A stretch of DNA of 46,589 nt from an uncultured Rhodospirillaceae bacterium (lineage in GTDB: Bacteria > Pseudomonadota > Alphaproteobacteria > UBA7887): positions 1 through 46,589 of the forward strand of contig CAZKTK010000001.1 in assembly GCA_964555535.1 (NCBI GenBank). Direction: 5' to 3'. The notes under the pieces were generated by a model. That model saw nothing but the letters and a program-made list of their open reading frames with translations, did no database searches and was not told where the DNA came from. Numbering within the stretch: the first letter of the stretch is position 1; each line of letters begins with the position of its first letter. A program made the translations under genes and the position numbers. This document shows positions 17,846 through 26,709 of this stretch, in pieces.

Positions 17846-18301
17846 TCATATCAAGTCCACGCAGGCCGCGAGCGTGACGATGCTCTTGGCCGCGCCCGAC
17901 CGGAGTGTGCCGTCGCTCATGGTGGCGACCGCAACGATGGCTTGGGAGTCGGCAAGGCGGATGCGCGTCGCCACCCGCGCCCGGCCGGACCTGGCATTGA
18001 GGGTGTAGCGCGCCACGTCCGGCAGCGAGTTCTGCTCCGAGAACACATGGATCGAGCGCACATGATCCGCTTCCGTCATGGCGCACGCGACCTCGACCGT
18101 GAGCCCGACGGAGTTTTCGTTCTCGCTGATCGGCGGCAGGGTGACGATGACTTTGCCTTCCTCGATGGGCACATCGCCGAAAGCCGCTTTCATGGCCGAA
18201 TGCATGCTTTCCGGGGTCGCATGGAGCGGCAACGCCCGCAGCGCCAGGATGGTTGCCCCGGCACCGAGCACGAAGCCCCGGCGGGTTGATGGTTGGGTCA
18301 C
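17846..18301 (-). CDS. SoxY-related carrier protein with AAC-type C-terminal arm
   Basis: Tat signal 'STRRGFVLGAGA' and 'VTLPPISENENSVGLTVEV' are SoxY-like. The C-terminus is 'VTLAACVDLI' instead of the canonical '...GGCGG'. The GTG start overlaps the soxX stop (GTGA). Confidence 0.75.
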   Translation of the reverse strand: MTQPSTRRGFVLGAGATILALRALPLHATPESMHSAMKAAFGDVPIEEGKVIVTLPPISENENSVGLTVEVACAMTEADHVRSIHVFSEQNSLPDVARYTLNARSGRARVATRIRLADSQAIVAVATMSDGTLRSGAAKSIVTLAACVDLI

Positions 18302-18714
18302 TCCACCGTCTCCCGCTGTCGCAATGTCGCGAGATAGGCCACGACATCCTCGACCTCCTGCGCCGTGAGCACGGGCTTGCCGAGATAGGCCTCGGCGACC
18401 TGGTGAAGATCATGCGTCCGGTGATAGGCGGGCATGGCCGTGTCCGGGTTCAGCCGGGTCGGATCGACGATGCGAAGGCGCATCTGCGCCGGGCTCAAGC
18501 GCTCGCCCACCGCTGAGAGGTCGGGGCCGATATCGCCCTGGAACGGCTCGTCGAGAGAGGCCACGCGATGACACAGCAGGCAGTGGCCGCGCTCGCGATC
18601 GAGGAAGACCGTCCGGCCGTTGGCAGGATCGCCGGCGGCGGCACCGCTTGTCATCAGCAGCCACAACGCGGCACAGAGACCCAGCAGCTTGCCCGTCACC
18701 CCATCACGCGGCAC
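18298..18714 (-). CDS. soxX: SoxX-type monoheme cytochrome c
   Basis: Signal peptide, heme site 'GHCLLCH', 'GDIGPDLS', 'RLNPDTAMPAYH', 'GKPVLTAQEVEDVVAYLATL'. The start is the GTG at 18714, overlapping the end of the Mo subunit gene by 11 nt, or the GTG at 18699. Confidence 0.7.
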   Translation of the reverse strand: MPRDGVTGKLLGLCAALWLLMTSGAAAGDPANGRTVFLDRERGHCLLCHRVASLDEPFQGDIGPDLSAVGERLSPAQMRLRIVDPTRLNPDTAMPAYHRTHDLHQVAEAYLGKPVLTAQEVEDVVAYLATLRQRETVE

Positions 18715-20848
18715 TCAGATCGGCAGTCCCGAAGGGAAAATGCCGGATGCGCTTGCCGGTGGCGCGGAAGATGGCGTTCAGCACCGCCGGGGCTGCCACC
18801 GCGATGGTCGGCTCGCCGACGCCACCCCAGAAGCCGCCCGACGGCATGACGATGGTCTCCACCGCCGGCATCTCGGCGATGCGGAGCGAATTGTAGGTGT
18901 CGAAGTTCTCCTGCTCGATACGCCCGTCCTTGACCGTGCAGGCGCCGTAGAACAGGACGGACAGCCCATAGACGAAGGAGCCTTCGACCTGCGCCTCGAC
19001 CTGCTGCGGGTTGACCACATGGCCGCTGTCGGTGGCGGCGACGATGCGATGCACGGTCAAGGCGCCGTCATCGGCGACCGATACCTCGGCACAGGCCGCG
19101 ATATAGCTCGCGAACGCCTTGCAGACGGCAAGCCCACGATGCACGCCTGCCGGTGCCGGCCCGCCCCACCCCGCGCGCTCCGCGACGGCATTCAGCACGG
19201 CCAACGCTTTCGGTTCGTTGACTAACAGTTTCTGCCGAAAGGCGAGTGCATCCCTGCCCGCTGCATGGGCCAGCTCATCCAAAAAGCATTCGAGGTATAT
19301 GGCGTTCTGGTTGATGTTGACGCCGCGCCAGAAGCCCGGCGGCACGTGCGGATTGCGCATGGCGTGGTCGGCCAGCAAGTTGGGCACGGTGTAGATGAAG
19401 CCGTGGTCGCCGCCGGGCAGCAGGCCCTGGAAGGTGATCGGGTCCGCGCCGTCCTCGCGCAGCCTGTTCGGGCGAACCGCGGCGAGGATCGATTGTCCCG
19501 ACAGGCGCACGTGCAGGCCGGCGAGATCGCCGTTCTCGTCCAAGCCGCCCACCAGCCGCGCCTTGGTAATGGGGTGATAGTGGCCGTGGGTCATGTCCTC
19601 TTCGCGCGTCCACAACAGCTTGACCGGGGTTCCCGGCATCTGCCTGGCGATGAGCACGGCCTGGCGCACATATTCGTGGAAGGCGCCGCGCCGGCCGAAA
19701 CCGCCGCCGAGATGGAGCTTGTGCACGTCGCAGTTCTCGACCGGAAGCGCCGCGGCCTCGCCGTTCTGCGTCGGACACCAGACCTCGCACTTATCCGGCG
19801 TCCACACCGCCGTGGCGTTCATCGGCTCCATGGTCGCGTGGTTCTGATACGGGTAGCTGTAGTCCGCCTCGATAACTGTGGCCGCATTGGCAATTGCCGC
19901 CTTGGCATCGCCCGCCTCGTTGCCGACGAAAGCTTCTTCCGCGCTGCTCAGGCCCTCTTCGAGGAAGGCATCGATGGTGGCACTCGAGACGTCGGCATGG
20001 GGGCCTTCGTCCCAGGTGATGGGCAAAGCGTCGAGCGCCGTCTTGGCGCGCCACCAGGTGTCGGCCACCACGGCGACCGCGTCCTCGCCGACGGCGACAA
20101 CATGGCGCACGCCTGGCATGTCGCGCACCGCCGTATCGTCGAAGGCGGCGAGCGTGCCGCCGAAGACCGGGCAGGCCTTGATGGCGGCGCTCAGCATGCC
20201 CGGCAGCTTCACGTCGGCGCCATAGACCTGCCGCCCGGTCAGCTTGTCGCGGGTATCGAGACGCGCCAGAGGCTTGCCGGCAATCGTCCAGTCCTTCGGG
20301 TCCTTCAGCGGCACCTCGAGCGGCAGCGGCAGTGCCGCCGCAGCCGCGGCGACGGCACCATAGGTCGTGGTGCGGCCCGAGGGCCCGTGGGTGATGACGC
20401 TTTCGGCGGCGCCGCATTCGCCGGCAGGCACGCCCCAGGCATTCGCCGCCGCCTCTATCAGCATGAGCCGCGCCGCGGCACCGCCTTCGCGCACATATTG
20501 GTGGCTTTGCCGTATGCCGCGGCTGCCGCCGGTGGAGAAGTTCTTCCAGATGCGGTCACGCGCCAGGTTCTGGCCGGGAGTGGGATACTCCGTCGTCACC
20601 TTGGACCAGTCGCATTCGAGTTCCTCCGCGACCAGTTGGGCCAAGCCCGTCAGCGTGCCCTGCCCCATCTCCGAGCGCGCAATGCGGATGACGACCGTAT
20701 CGTCCGGATGGATCACCACCCAGGCGTTGATCTCGGGCGTCTCCGCCGCATGCACATCGGATAGGGAAAAACCGATGCAGAGCCCGGCGCCGGTAGCGGC
20801 AGCGCCGATGACGAAACCGCGGCGGCTGAGCGTGAATGGGTTTGACAT
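18704..20848 (-). CDS. xanthine-oxidase-family molybdopterin subunit (IorB/aldehyde oxidase beta-like), Tat-exported
   Basis: 714 aa. Tat motif 'LSRRGFVIGAAATGAGL', plus 'GQGTLTGLAQLVAEEL' and 'GGGFGRRG', typical of isoquinoline 1-oxidoreductase beta-type subunits. Confidence 0.85.
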   Translation of the reverse strand: MSNPFTLSRRGFVIGAAATGAGLCIGFSLSDVHAAETPEINAWVVIHPDDTVVIRIARSEMGQGTLTGLAQLVAEELECDWSKVTTEYPTPGQNLARDRIWKNFSTGGSRGIRQSHQYVREGGAAARLMLIEAAANAWGVPAGECGAAESVITHGPSGRTTTYGAVAAAAAALPLPLEVPLKDPKDWTIAGKPLARLDTRDKLTGRQVYGADVKLPGMLSAAIKACPVFGGTLAAFDDTAVRDMPGVRHVVAVGEDAVAVVADTWWRAKTALDALPITWDEGPHADVSSATIDAFLEEGLSSAEEAFVGNEAGDAKAAIANAATVIEADYSYPYQNHATMEPMNATAVWTPDKCEVWCPTQNGEAAALPVENCDVHKLHLGGGFGRRGAFHEYVRQAVLIARQMPGTPVKLLWTREEDMTHGHYHPITKARLVGGLDENGDLAGLHVRLSGQSILAAVRPNRLREDGADPITFQGLLPGGDHGFIYTVPNLLADHAMRNPHVPPGFWRGVNINQNAIYLECFLDELAHAAGRDALAFRQKLLVNEPKALAVLNAVAERAGWGGPAPAGVHRGLAVCKAFASYIAACAEVSVADDGALTVHRIVAATDSGHVVNPQQVEAQVEGSFVYGLSVLFYGACTVKDGRIEQENFDTYNSLRIAEMPAVETIVMPSGGFWGGVGEPTIAVAAPAVLNAIFRATGKRIRHFPFGTADLSAA

Positions 20849-20860
20849 GATCCCGCCCCC

Positions 20861-21316
20861 TCAGCCCTTGATCTCGGCGGCACGATGAATGCCGCGCCGG
20901 ACCCGGTTGAAGGTACCGCAGCGGCAGATGTTTGTGATCTGCTCGTCGATATCCGCGTTGCTCGGCTGCGGCGTCGTTTCCAGCAGTGCCGCGGCCGCCA
21001 TGATCATGCCGGTCTGGCAATAACCGCACTGGGGCACGTCAAGCTCGGCCCAGGCCTGCTGCACGGGATGGCTGCCGTCCGGCGACAGGCCTTCGATGGT
21101 GACAATCTTTTCCCCGCCCGTCAGCGCATCCACAGGCAATACGCAGGAGCGCACAGCCTCGCCGTCGATATGCACGGTGCAGGAGCCGCACTGGGCGATG
21201 CCGCAGCCGTATTTCGCGCCGGTGAGGTCGAGATGGTCGCGCAAGACCCAAAGCAGCGGCGTGCCGTCCTCCGCATCCACTTCGACGGACTTGCCGTTAA
21301 CATTCAACTCGACCAT
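20861..21316 (-). CDS. (2Fe-2S)-binding small subunit of Mo-hydroxylase (IorA-like)
   Basis: 'GCGIAQCGSCTV' and 'QCGYCQTGMIMAA' are the two [2Fe-2S] cysteine clusters. The start at MVELNVNGK is preceded by GGGAGGA. Confidence 0.85.
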   Translation of the reverse strand: MVELNVNGKSVEVDAEDGTPLLWVLRDHLDLTGAKYGCGIAQCGSCTVHIDGEAVRSCVLPVDALTGGEKIVTIEGLSPDGSHPVQQAWAELDVPQCGYCQTGMIMAAAALLETTPQPSNADIDEQITNICRCGTFNRVRRGIHRAAEIKG

Positions 21317-21385
21317 GGCGGTAATCCTCCCAAGGGCCATAACTGTCTCAAATCGGAGTGCCGGCGACAACCGCCGCCGACTCCC

Positions 21386-22363
21386 TCAGGGCAGCAATAC
21401 GCTCGTGCCCGTGGTCTGCCGGCTCTCCAAGTCGGTGTGCGCCTGGGCGGCGTCCTTGAGTGCGTAGCGCTGGTTGATCTCCACACGCAAGGCGCCCTCG
21501 GCGATCAGGCCGAACAGCTCCGCCGCGTTGCGGGCGCGCTGCACCGGGTCCTTGACGAAATAGGCCAAGCCGCCGCGGGTGACGTTGAGCGCCTTGGGCG
21601 CGAGCCGCGTCGTCTGCAAGGGGGGCGTGGGGCCGGAGGACTGGCCGTAGCTCACCATCCAGCCCCGCTCGGCGAGGCAATCGATGCCTTTGTCGAAGGT
21701 GTCAGCGCCGACCGCATCGTAGATCACATTGACGCCCCGGCCTTGGGTCAGATCCATGGCGGCTTCGGCGAAGTCGGCGTCGCGATAGAGAATGGGATGA
21801 TCGCAGCCGTGCGCCGCAGCGAGCGCCGCCTTGTCCGCCGAGCCGACGGTGCCGATGACCGTGGCCCCGAGATGCTTCGCCCATTGGCAGAGCAAGAGGC
21901 CGACCCCGCCCGCCGCCGCCTGCACCAGCACCGTATCGCCCGCCTGCACCGGATAGAGCTCGCGCACCAGGTAATGGGCGGTCAGCCCCTTCAGCGTTGC
22001 CCCGGCAGTGGTCTCGTCCGGCGTGTCCGCATCGAGTTTGATGAGCCGGTCCGCCTTGATGACGCGACTCTCGGCATAGCTGCCGAGCGCCATGCAATAG
22101 GTCACGCGATCGCCTTCGGCGAAGCCGTCGACCGCCGGCCCCACCGCCTCGACCACACCCATGCCCTCCATGCCGAGCACCGCCGGCAGGGCACGCAGGG
22201 GATAGGCCCCCGAGCGCTGGTTCACATCGATGAAATTGAGCCCGACGGCGCCGTGGCGAAGGCGCACCTCTCCCGGCCCGGGCTCGGCGACCGCGACCTC
22301 TTCCCAGCGCATCTGCTCGGGCCCGCCGGTCTGGTGAATGCGAATTGCATGGGTGGTCGTCAT
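21386..22363 (-). CDS. NADPH:quinone oxidoreductase (zeta-crystallin/MDR family)
   Basis: 'GEVRLRHGAVGLNFIDVNQRSGAYP' and 'VLVQAAAGGVGLLLCQWAK' are the Qor pattern. Confidence 0.85.
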   Translation of the reverse strand: MTTTHAIRIHQTGGPEQMRWEEVAVAEPGPGEVRLRHGAVGLNFIDVNQRSGAYPLRALPAVLGMEGMGVVEAVGPAVDGFAEGDRVTYCMALGSYAESRVIKADRLIKLDADTPDETTAGATLKGLTAHYLVRELYPVQAGDTVLVQAAAGGVGLLLCQWAKHLGATVIGTVGSADKAALAAAHGCDHPILYRDADFAEAAMDLTQGRGVNVIYDAVGADTFDKGIDCLAERGWMVSYGQSSGPTPPLQTTRLAPKALNVTRGGLAYFVKDPVQRARNAAELFGLIAEGALRVEINQRYALKDAAQAHTDLESRQTTGTSVLLP

Positions 22364-22434
22364 TCTTCGGGTACCTCCTGGCTGGGGTGGGGGTTAGGGT
22401 TACCGCCACACGAGGGAGACAAAGGATCAGGCTC

Positions 22435-23067
22435 ATGAAGCTCTACGATTTCGGCCCGGCTGCCAACTCGAAACGCGTTCGCATGTTTCTTGCCGAGAAG
22501 GGGCTGGATATCCCCACGGTGCAACTCAACGTGCGCGACGACGAGCAGTTCAAGGAGCCCTTCACCTCCATGAACCCGTTCCACTGCGTGCCTTTTCTGG
22601 AGCTCGACGACGGCACGGTGATCGCCGAATCGATTTCGGTTTGCCGCTATCTCGAAGAGCTGCATCCCGAACCGTCCCTGTTCGGCAGCACGCCGGCGGC
22701 GCGCGGCATCATCGATATGTGGAACCGCCGCGTGGAGCTCGACGGCTTCATTCCGCTCTTGCACGCGACGCGCAACGACATGCCGCTGTTCGCCGGCCGC
22801 GTCGTGCCCGGCACACGCACGGAACTCGTGCAGCTGCCGGCCATGGTAGAGCGCGGCCAGGAGATGGCGCATGTCTTCTTCGCCCGCCTCGAGCCCCAGA
22901 TGGCGGACAACGAATTCATTGCAGGCAACGCCGTCAGCATCGCCGACATCACGGCCTGGTTCGTCATCAACATGGCCAACCGCTTCGAGATGGGCATCGC
23001 CGAGCGCTATCCCGCCATCCATCGCTGGCACACCATGTTCTCGGCCAGGCCCAGCACCGACGCCTGA
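22435..23067 (+). CDS. glutathione S-transferase
   Basis: 'MKLYDFGPAANSKRVRMFLAEKGL', 'VPFLELDDGTVIAESISVCRYLEE'. The listed 30-codon upstream extension is rejected. Confidence 0.8.
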   Translation: MKLYDFGPAANSKRVRMFLAEKGLDIPTVQLNVRDDEQFKEPFTSMNPFHCVPFLELDDGTVIAESISVCRYLEELHPEPSLFGSTPAARGIIDMWNRRVELDGFIPLLHATRNDMPLFAGRVVPGTRTELVQLPAMVERGQEMAHVFFARLEPQMADNEFIAGNAVSIADITAWFVINMANRFEMGIAERYPAIHRWHTMFSARPSTDA

Positions 23068-23176
23068 GGCAAGAGACGACCCGATTTGCCATGACCGCTC
23101 ACCGGCCATCGACTCGGCCGGCGCGGGCTGGCAATATCGGCCTCCGCATGCGTCAGTCGGACAGGGAGAGAGAACT

Positions 23177-24499
23177 ATGATCCTGGCATCGTTGCGTTCG
23201 CTGGGCGGGCAGGTTTGTGCCGCGCTCGCATTGGCTATCGGGCTCGCTTCGGTGGCCACAGCGCCATCGGCCCACGCCGAAGACGGCAAGATTTCCATCG
23301 CCGTCGTCACCTTCCTTTCCGGCCCGGCGGCGGCGCATTTCGGTGTGCCCGCGCGCGAGGGTGCCGAGCTCACCATCGAGGCGCTCAATGCGGGCACCTT
23401 CCCCGCGCCCTACGACACGCCCGGCATCGGCGGCATGGAGATCGTGCCGATCTTCGTCGACGAGGCCGGCGGCGCCACCAAGCAGGTGGCCGAGTTCCGC
23501 AATCTGGTGCAGCGGCGCAATGTCGACATCATCATGGGCTACATCTCCAGCGGCGACTGTCTGGCCATTCCGCAAGTCGCCGAGGAGCTCAAGCAATTCA
23601 CCGTTCTCGTCGACTGCGGCACCCCGCGCGTCTTCGAGGAGGCGAGCTACGAATACGTCTTCCGCACCGGCCCGCATGCCGCCATGGACAATGTCGCCAT
23701 CGCGCGCTACCTGCTCGACCGCAAGCCGGACGTGAAGACCATCGCCGGGCTCAATCAGAACTATGCCTGGGGCCAGGATTCCTGGAACGACTTCGAGGGC
23801 TCCATGCAGGTGCTCAAGCCGGGCGTCGAGGTGATCGACGAGCAGTTCCCGAAACTGTTCGCCGGTCAGTTCGGGGCAGAGATCTCGGCCCTGCTGTCGC
23901 GGCGCCCCGATGTCATCCATTCGAGCTTCTGGGGTGCCGATCTCGAAGCGCTGATCCTGCAGGGCGCCGGGCGCGGCCTGTTCGACCGCAGCCAAGTGGT
24001 GCTGTCCGCTGGCGAGCACGTGCTGCACCTGATCGGCGACCGCATGCCCGACGGCACCATCCTCGGCGCCCGCGGCCCGCACGGCCCGTTTGCGCCCGAG
24101 AGCGAGATGAACACCTGGTTCCACAACACCTATACGGAACGATGGGGCCATGTACCAAACCAGGGCGCCTACAAGTACACCATGGCGCTGTTGGGCCTGA
24201 AGACGGCCTATGCCAAGGCCGAAGCCGAGGCCGGCGGCGCACCGACGCCGGAGCAGGTGATGCAGGCACTCACCTATCTCGAGTGGGACAGCCCGAGCGG
24301 CATGGTCAAGATGGCGCTGGCGGACGGTCATCAGGCGATCCAGGCCAATGCCATCGGCACGAGCCGCTATGACGAAGAGCTGGGCCGCATCGTGGTGGAC
24401 GACGTCGTCTACTACAACGCGGAATGCGTCAATCCGCCGCCCGGATACAAGGCCATTGAATGGATTCGCCAGGGCTTCCCGGAAGCGAAGTGCGACTGA
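23177..24499 (+). CDS. ABC transporter substrate-binding protein (Leu/Ile/Val-binding, type 1 PBP family)
   Basis: Signal peptide 'MILASLRSLGGQVCAALALAIGLASVATAPSAHA', 'ISIAVVTFLSGPAAAHFG', 'DIIMGYISSGDCLA'. The ATG at 23177 is preceded by GGGAGAGAG. The listed ORF extends falsely 5' from 22871. Confidence 0.8.
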   Translation: MILASLRSLGGQVCAALALAIGLASVATAPSAHAEDGKISIAVVTFLSGPAAAHFGVPAREGAELTIEALNAGTFPAPYDTPGIGGMEIVPIFVDEAGGATKQVAEFRNLVQRRNVDIIMGYISSGDCLAIPQVAEELKQFTVLVDCGTPRVFEEASYEYVFRTGPHAAMDNVAIARYLLDRKPDVKTIAGLNQNYAWGQDSWNDFEGSMQVLKPGVEVIDEQFPKLFAGQFGAEISALLSRRPDVIHSSFWGADLEALILQGAGRGLFDRSQVVLSAGEHVLHLIGDRMPDGTILGARGPHGPFAPESEMNTWFHNTYTERWGHVPNQGAYKYTMALLGLKTAYAKAEAEAGGAPTPEQVMQALTYLEWDSPSGMVKMALADGHQAIQANAIGTSRYDEELGRIVVDDVVYYNAECVNPPPGYKAIEWIRQGFPEAKCD

Positions 24500-25293
24500 T
24501 GGACCTCGATCTCTCCGGCAAGACCGCGCTGGTTACCGGCTCCACTCGCGGTATCGGCTTCGAGACCGCGGTGGGGCTGGCGGAAATGGGCGCAAAGGTC
24601 ATCGTGCACGGGCGCAGCGGCGCTACCGTCAATGACGCGCTCGCCCGCCTCGGCGAGCGGGTTGCGGATGCGGGCGCCATCGGCATCGCCGCCAATCTCG
24701 GCACGGCGAAGGGCTGTGACGCCTTGGCCGCCGCCCACCCCGACGTGGACGTGCTGGTCAACAATGTCGGCATATACAAGCCCGAGCCGTTCGACGAGGT
24801 GAGCGACGAGACCTGGCAGATGTATTTCGACATCAATGTGATGTCCGGCGTGCGCATGGCGCGGCACTACCTCAAGGGCATGCTGGCGCGCGACTGGGGG
24901 CGGGTCATATTCGTGTCCAGCGAATCCGGCGTCTTCATCCCGCCGGAGATGATCCATTACGGTTTCTCCAAGGCGGCGCAGCTGGCTATCGCCCGGGGCC
25001 TCGCCGAGACCACCAAGGGCACCAAGGTGACCGTAAACTCCGTTTTGCCGGGACCGACCTGGGTGGAGATCCAGGAAAGCCGCATGGGCAAGCGGGCGGG
25101 GTCGGAAGGCCGCACCGTCGAGGACCTCAAGGCCGAGGTCTTCGCGACACGCCGCCAGTCTTCGCTGCTGCAGCGCTACGAGACCCCCGACGAGGTCGCC
25201 AACATGATCTGCTACGTCTGCAGCCTGGCCTCTTCAGGCACCAACGGCGCCTCGCTCCGCGTCGAAGGCGGCATCGTCCGCAGCTTCGTCTAA
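24499..25293 (+). CDS. SDR family oxidoreductase
   Basis: 'KTALVTGSTRGIGFETA', 'NNVG', 'YGFSKAA'. The ATG overlaps the SBP stop codon (TGATG). Confidence 0.8.
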   Translation: MDLDLSGKTALVTGSTRGIGFETAVGLAEMGAKVIVHGRSGATVNDALARLGERVADAGAIGIAANLGTAKGCDALAAAHPDVDVLVNNVGIYKPEPFDEVSDETWQMYFDINVMSGVRMARHYLKGMLARDWGRVIFVSSESGVFIPPEMIHYGFSKAAQLAIARGLAETTKGTKVTVNSVLPGPTWVEIQESRMGKRAGSEGRTVEDLKAEVFATRRQSSLLQRYETPDEVANMICYVCSLASSGTNGASLRVEGGIVRSFV

Positions 25294-25310
25294 CTCAGCA
25301 CGCATTATAT

Positions 25311-25442
25311 TGGTGACAGTTACCTAATACTGGTCAATTTTTAACAATATTTCAATAGGTTACCGAAGCAGACCTGACTGGAAGTTCAGTTAACTATTTG
25401 AAATAATGTAGAAAACGCATCAACATTAGGTAACTGTCACCA
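25311..25442. repeat. AT-rich MITE-like palindromic element, copy 1
   Basis: Perfect 18-nt terminal inverted repeats: TGGTGACAGTTACCTAAT (25311-25328) and ATTAGGTAACTGTCACCA (25425-25442). The arms stay imperfectly complementary inward. By hand count it is about one-third G+C in a GC-rich genome. It shares a 15-nt exact core with the element at 44028-44147. Confidence 0.55.
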
Positions 25443-25446
25443 TTTC

Positions 25447-26619
25447 TTAGGCAGTCTCCTCGAATAGCTCACGGCCGATGAGCATGCGGCGGATCTCGCT
25501 GGTGCCGGCGCCGATCTCGTAGAGCTTGGCATCGCGCAGCAGCCGCCCTGTCGGGCTTTCGTTGATATAGCCGGTGCCGCCCAGCGCCTGGATCGCCTCG
25601 AGCGCCATCCAGGTCGCCTTTTCCGCCGTATAGAGGATGACGCCGGCCGAGTCCTTGCGCGTTGTCTCGCCGCGGTCGCAGGCCTTGGCGACCGAATAGG
25701 CGTAGGCCTTGCAGGCGTTCATGGTGGTGTACATGTCGGCCAGCTTGCCCTGCATGAGCTGGAAGGTGCCGATGGGTCGGCCGAACTGCTCGCGCTCGTG
25801 CACATAGGGCACGACGATATCCATGCAGGCCTGCATGATGCCGAGCGGCCCGCCGGCGAGCACCGTGCGCTCATAGTCAAGGCCGCTCATCAGCACCGCC
25901 ACGCCGCCGCCGACCTCGCCGAGCACGTTCTCTTCCGGCACTTCGCAGTCCTCGAAGACGAGTTCGCAGGTGTTGGAGCCGCGCATGCCGAGCTTGTCGA
26001 GCTTCTGGGCCGTGGAAAAGCCTGCAAAACCCTTCTCGATGAGGAAGGCAGTGATGCCGCGGCTGCCCGCGTCAGGATCGGTCTTGGCGTAGACCACAAG
26101 GGTGTCCGCATCGGGCCCGTTGGTGATCCACATCTTGTTGCCGTTGAGGATGTAACGCTCGCCGCGCTTCTCGGCACGCAGCTTCATGCCGACCACGTCG
26201 GAGCCCGCACCCGGCTCGCTCATGGCCAGCGAGCCGACATGCTCGCCGGAGATCAGCTTCGGCAGATAGCGCGCCTTCTGCTCATGGGTCGCGTTGCGAT
26301 TGATCTGGTTGACGCAGAGATTGGAATGGGCGCCGTAGGAGAGCCCGACCGAAGCCGAGCCGCGGCTGACCTCCTCGATCGCCACCACCTGCTCGATATA
26401 GCCCATGCCGGCACCACCATAGTCCTCGCCCGCCGTGATTCCGAGCAGGCCGAGATCCCCCAGCTTGCGCCAGAGATCGCCGGGGAAATCGTTCGTCTCG
26501 TCGATCTCCGCGGCCCGCGGCGCGATCTCGTCGGCGGTGAAGTTGGTCACCGACTCCCGCAGCATGTCCACTGTCTCGCCGAGATCGAAATCGAGGGTCG
26601 GGTAGCGGTTGGGAATCAT
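25447..26619 (-). CDS. isovaleryl-CoA dehydrogenase (acyl-CoA dehydrogenase family)
   Basis: '[19 protein letters not shown]', '[14 protein letters not shown]', '[10 protein letters not shown]', '[12 protein letters not shown]'. The start at MIPNRYP (cat at 26617-26619) is preceded by GAGGA. The 221-codon upstream extension in the track is rejected. Confidence 0.85.
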   Translation of the reverse strand: MIPNRYPTLDFDLGETVDMLRESVTNFTADEIAPRAAEIDETNDFPGDLWRKLGDLGLLGITAGEDYGGAGMGYIEQVVAIEEVSRGSASVGLSYGAHSNLCVNQINRNATHEQKARYLPKLISGEHVGSLAMSEPGAGSDVVGMKLRAEKRGERYILNGNKMWITNGPDADTLVVYAKTDPDAGSRGITAFLIEKGFAGFSTAQKLDKLGMRGSNTCELVFEDCEVPEENVLGEVGGGVAVLMSGLDYERTVLAGGPLGIMQACMDIVVPYVHEREQFGRPIGTFQLMQGKLADMYTTMNACKAYAYSVAKACDRGETTRKDSAGVILYTAEKATWMALEAIQALGGTGYINESPTGRLLRDAKLYEIGAGTSEIRRMLIGRELFEETA

Positions 26620-26709
26620 CGTGTCCTCGCGGGCTTTGCCAGTATCGCGCCATGCTACGGTTCGAACGGCATTCGGTCGAGGCCATTCCGCCTGTGCTAT
26701 CCTCACAGC

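Noticed and set aside
25798-26709. 5' extension of the desaturase ORF (listed as 626 aa). Similar long 5' extensions occur on the ACAD (to 27282), SBP (from 22871), GST (from 22345), ketopantoate reductase (from 29006) and dehalogenase (to 45271) ORFs.
   Set aside because: The extensions are antisense to or overlap neighbouring well-supported genes and read as low-complexity sequence. In each case an internal ATG with a Shine-Dalgarno-like GGAG/GAGG motif coincides with the start of family homology.
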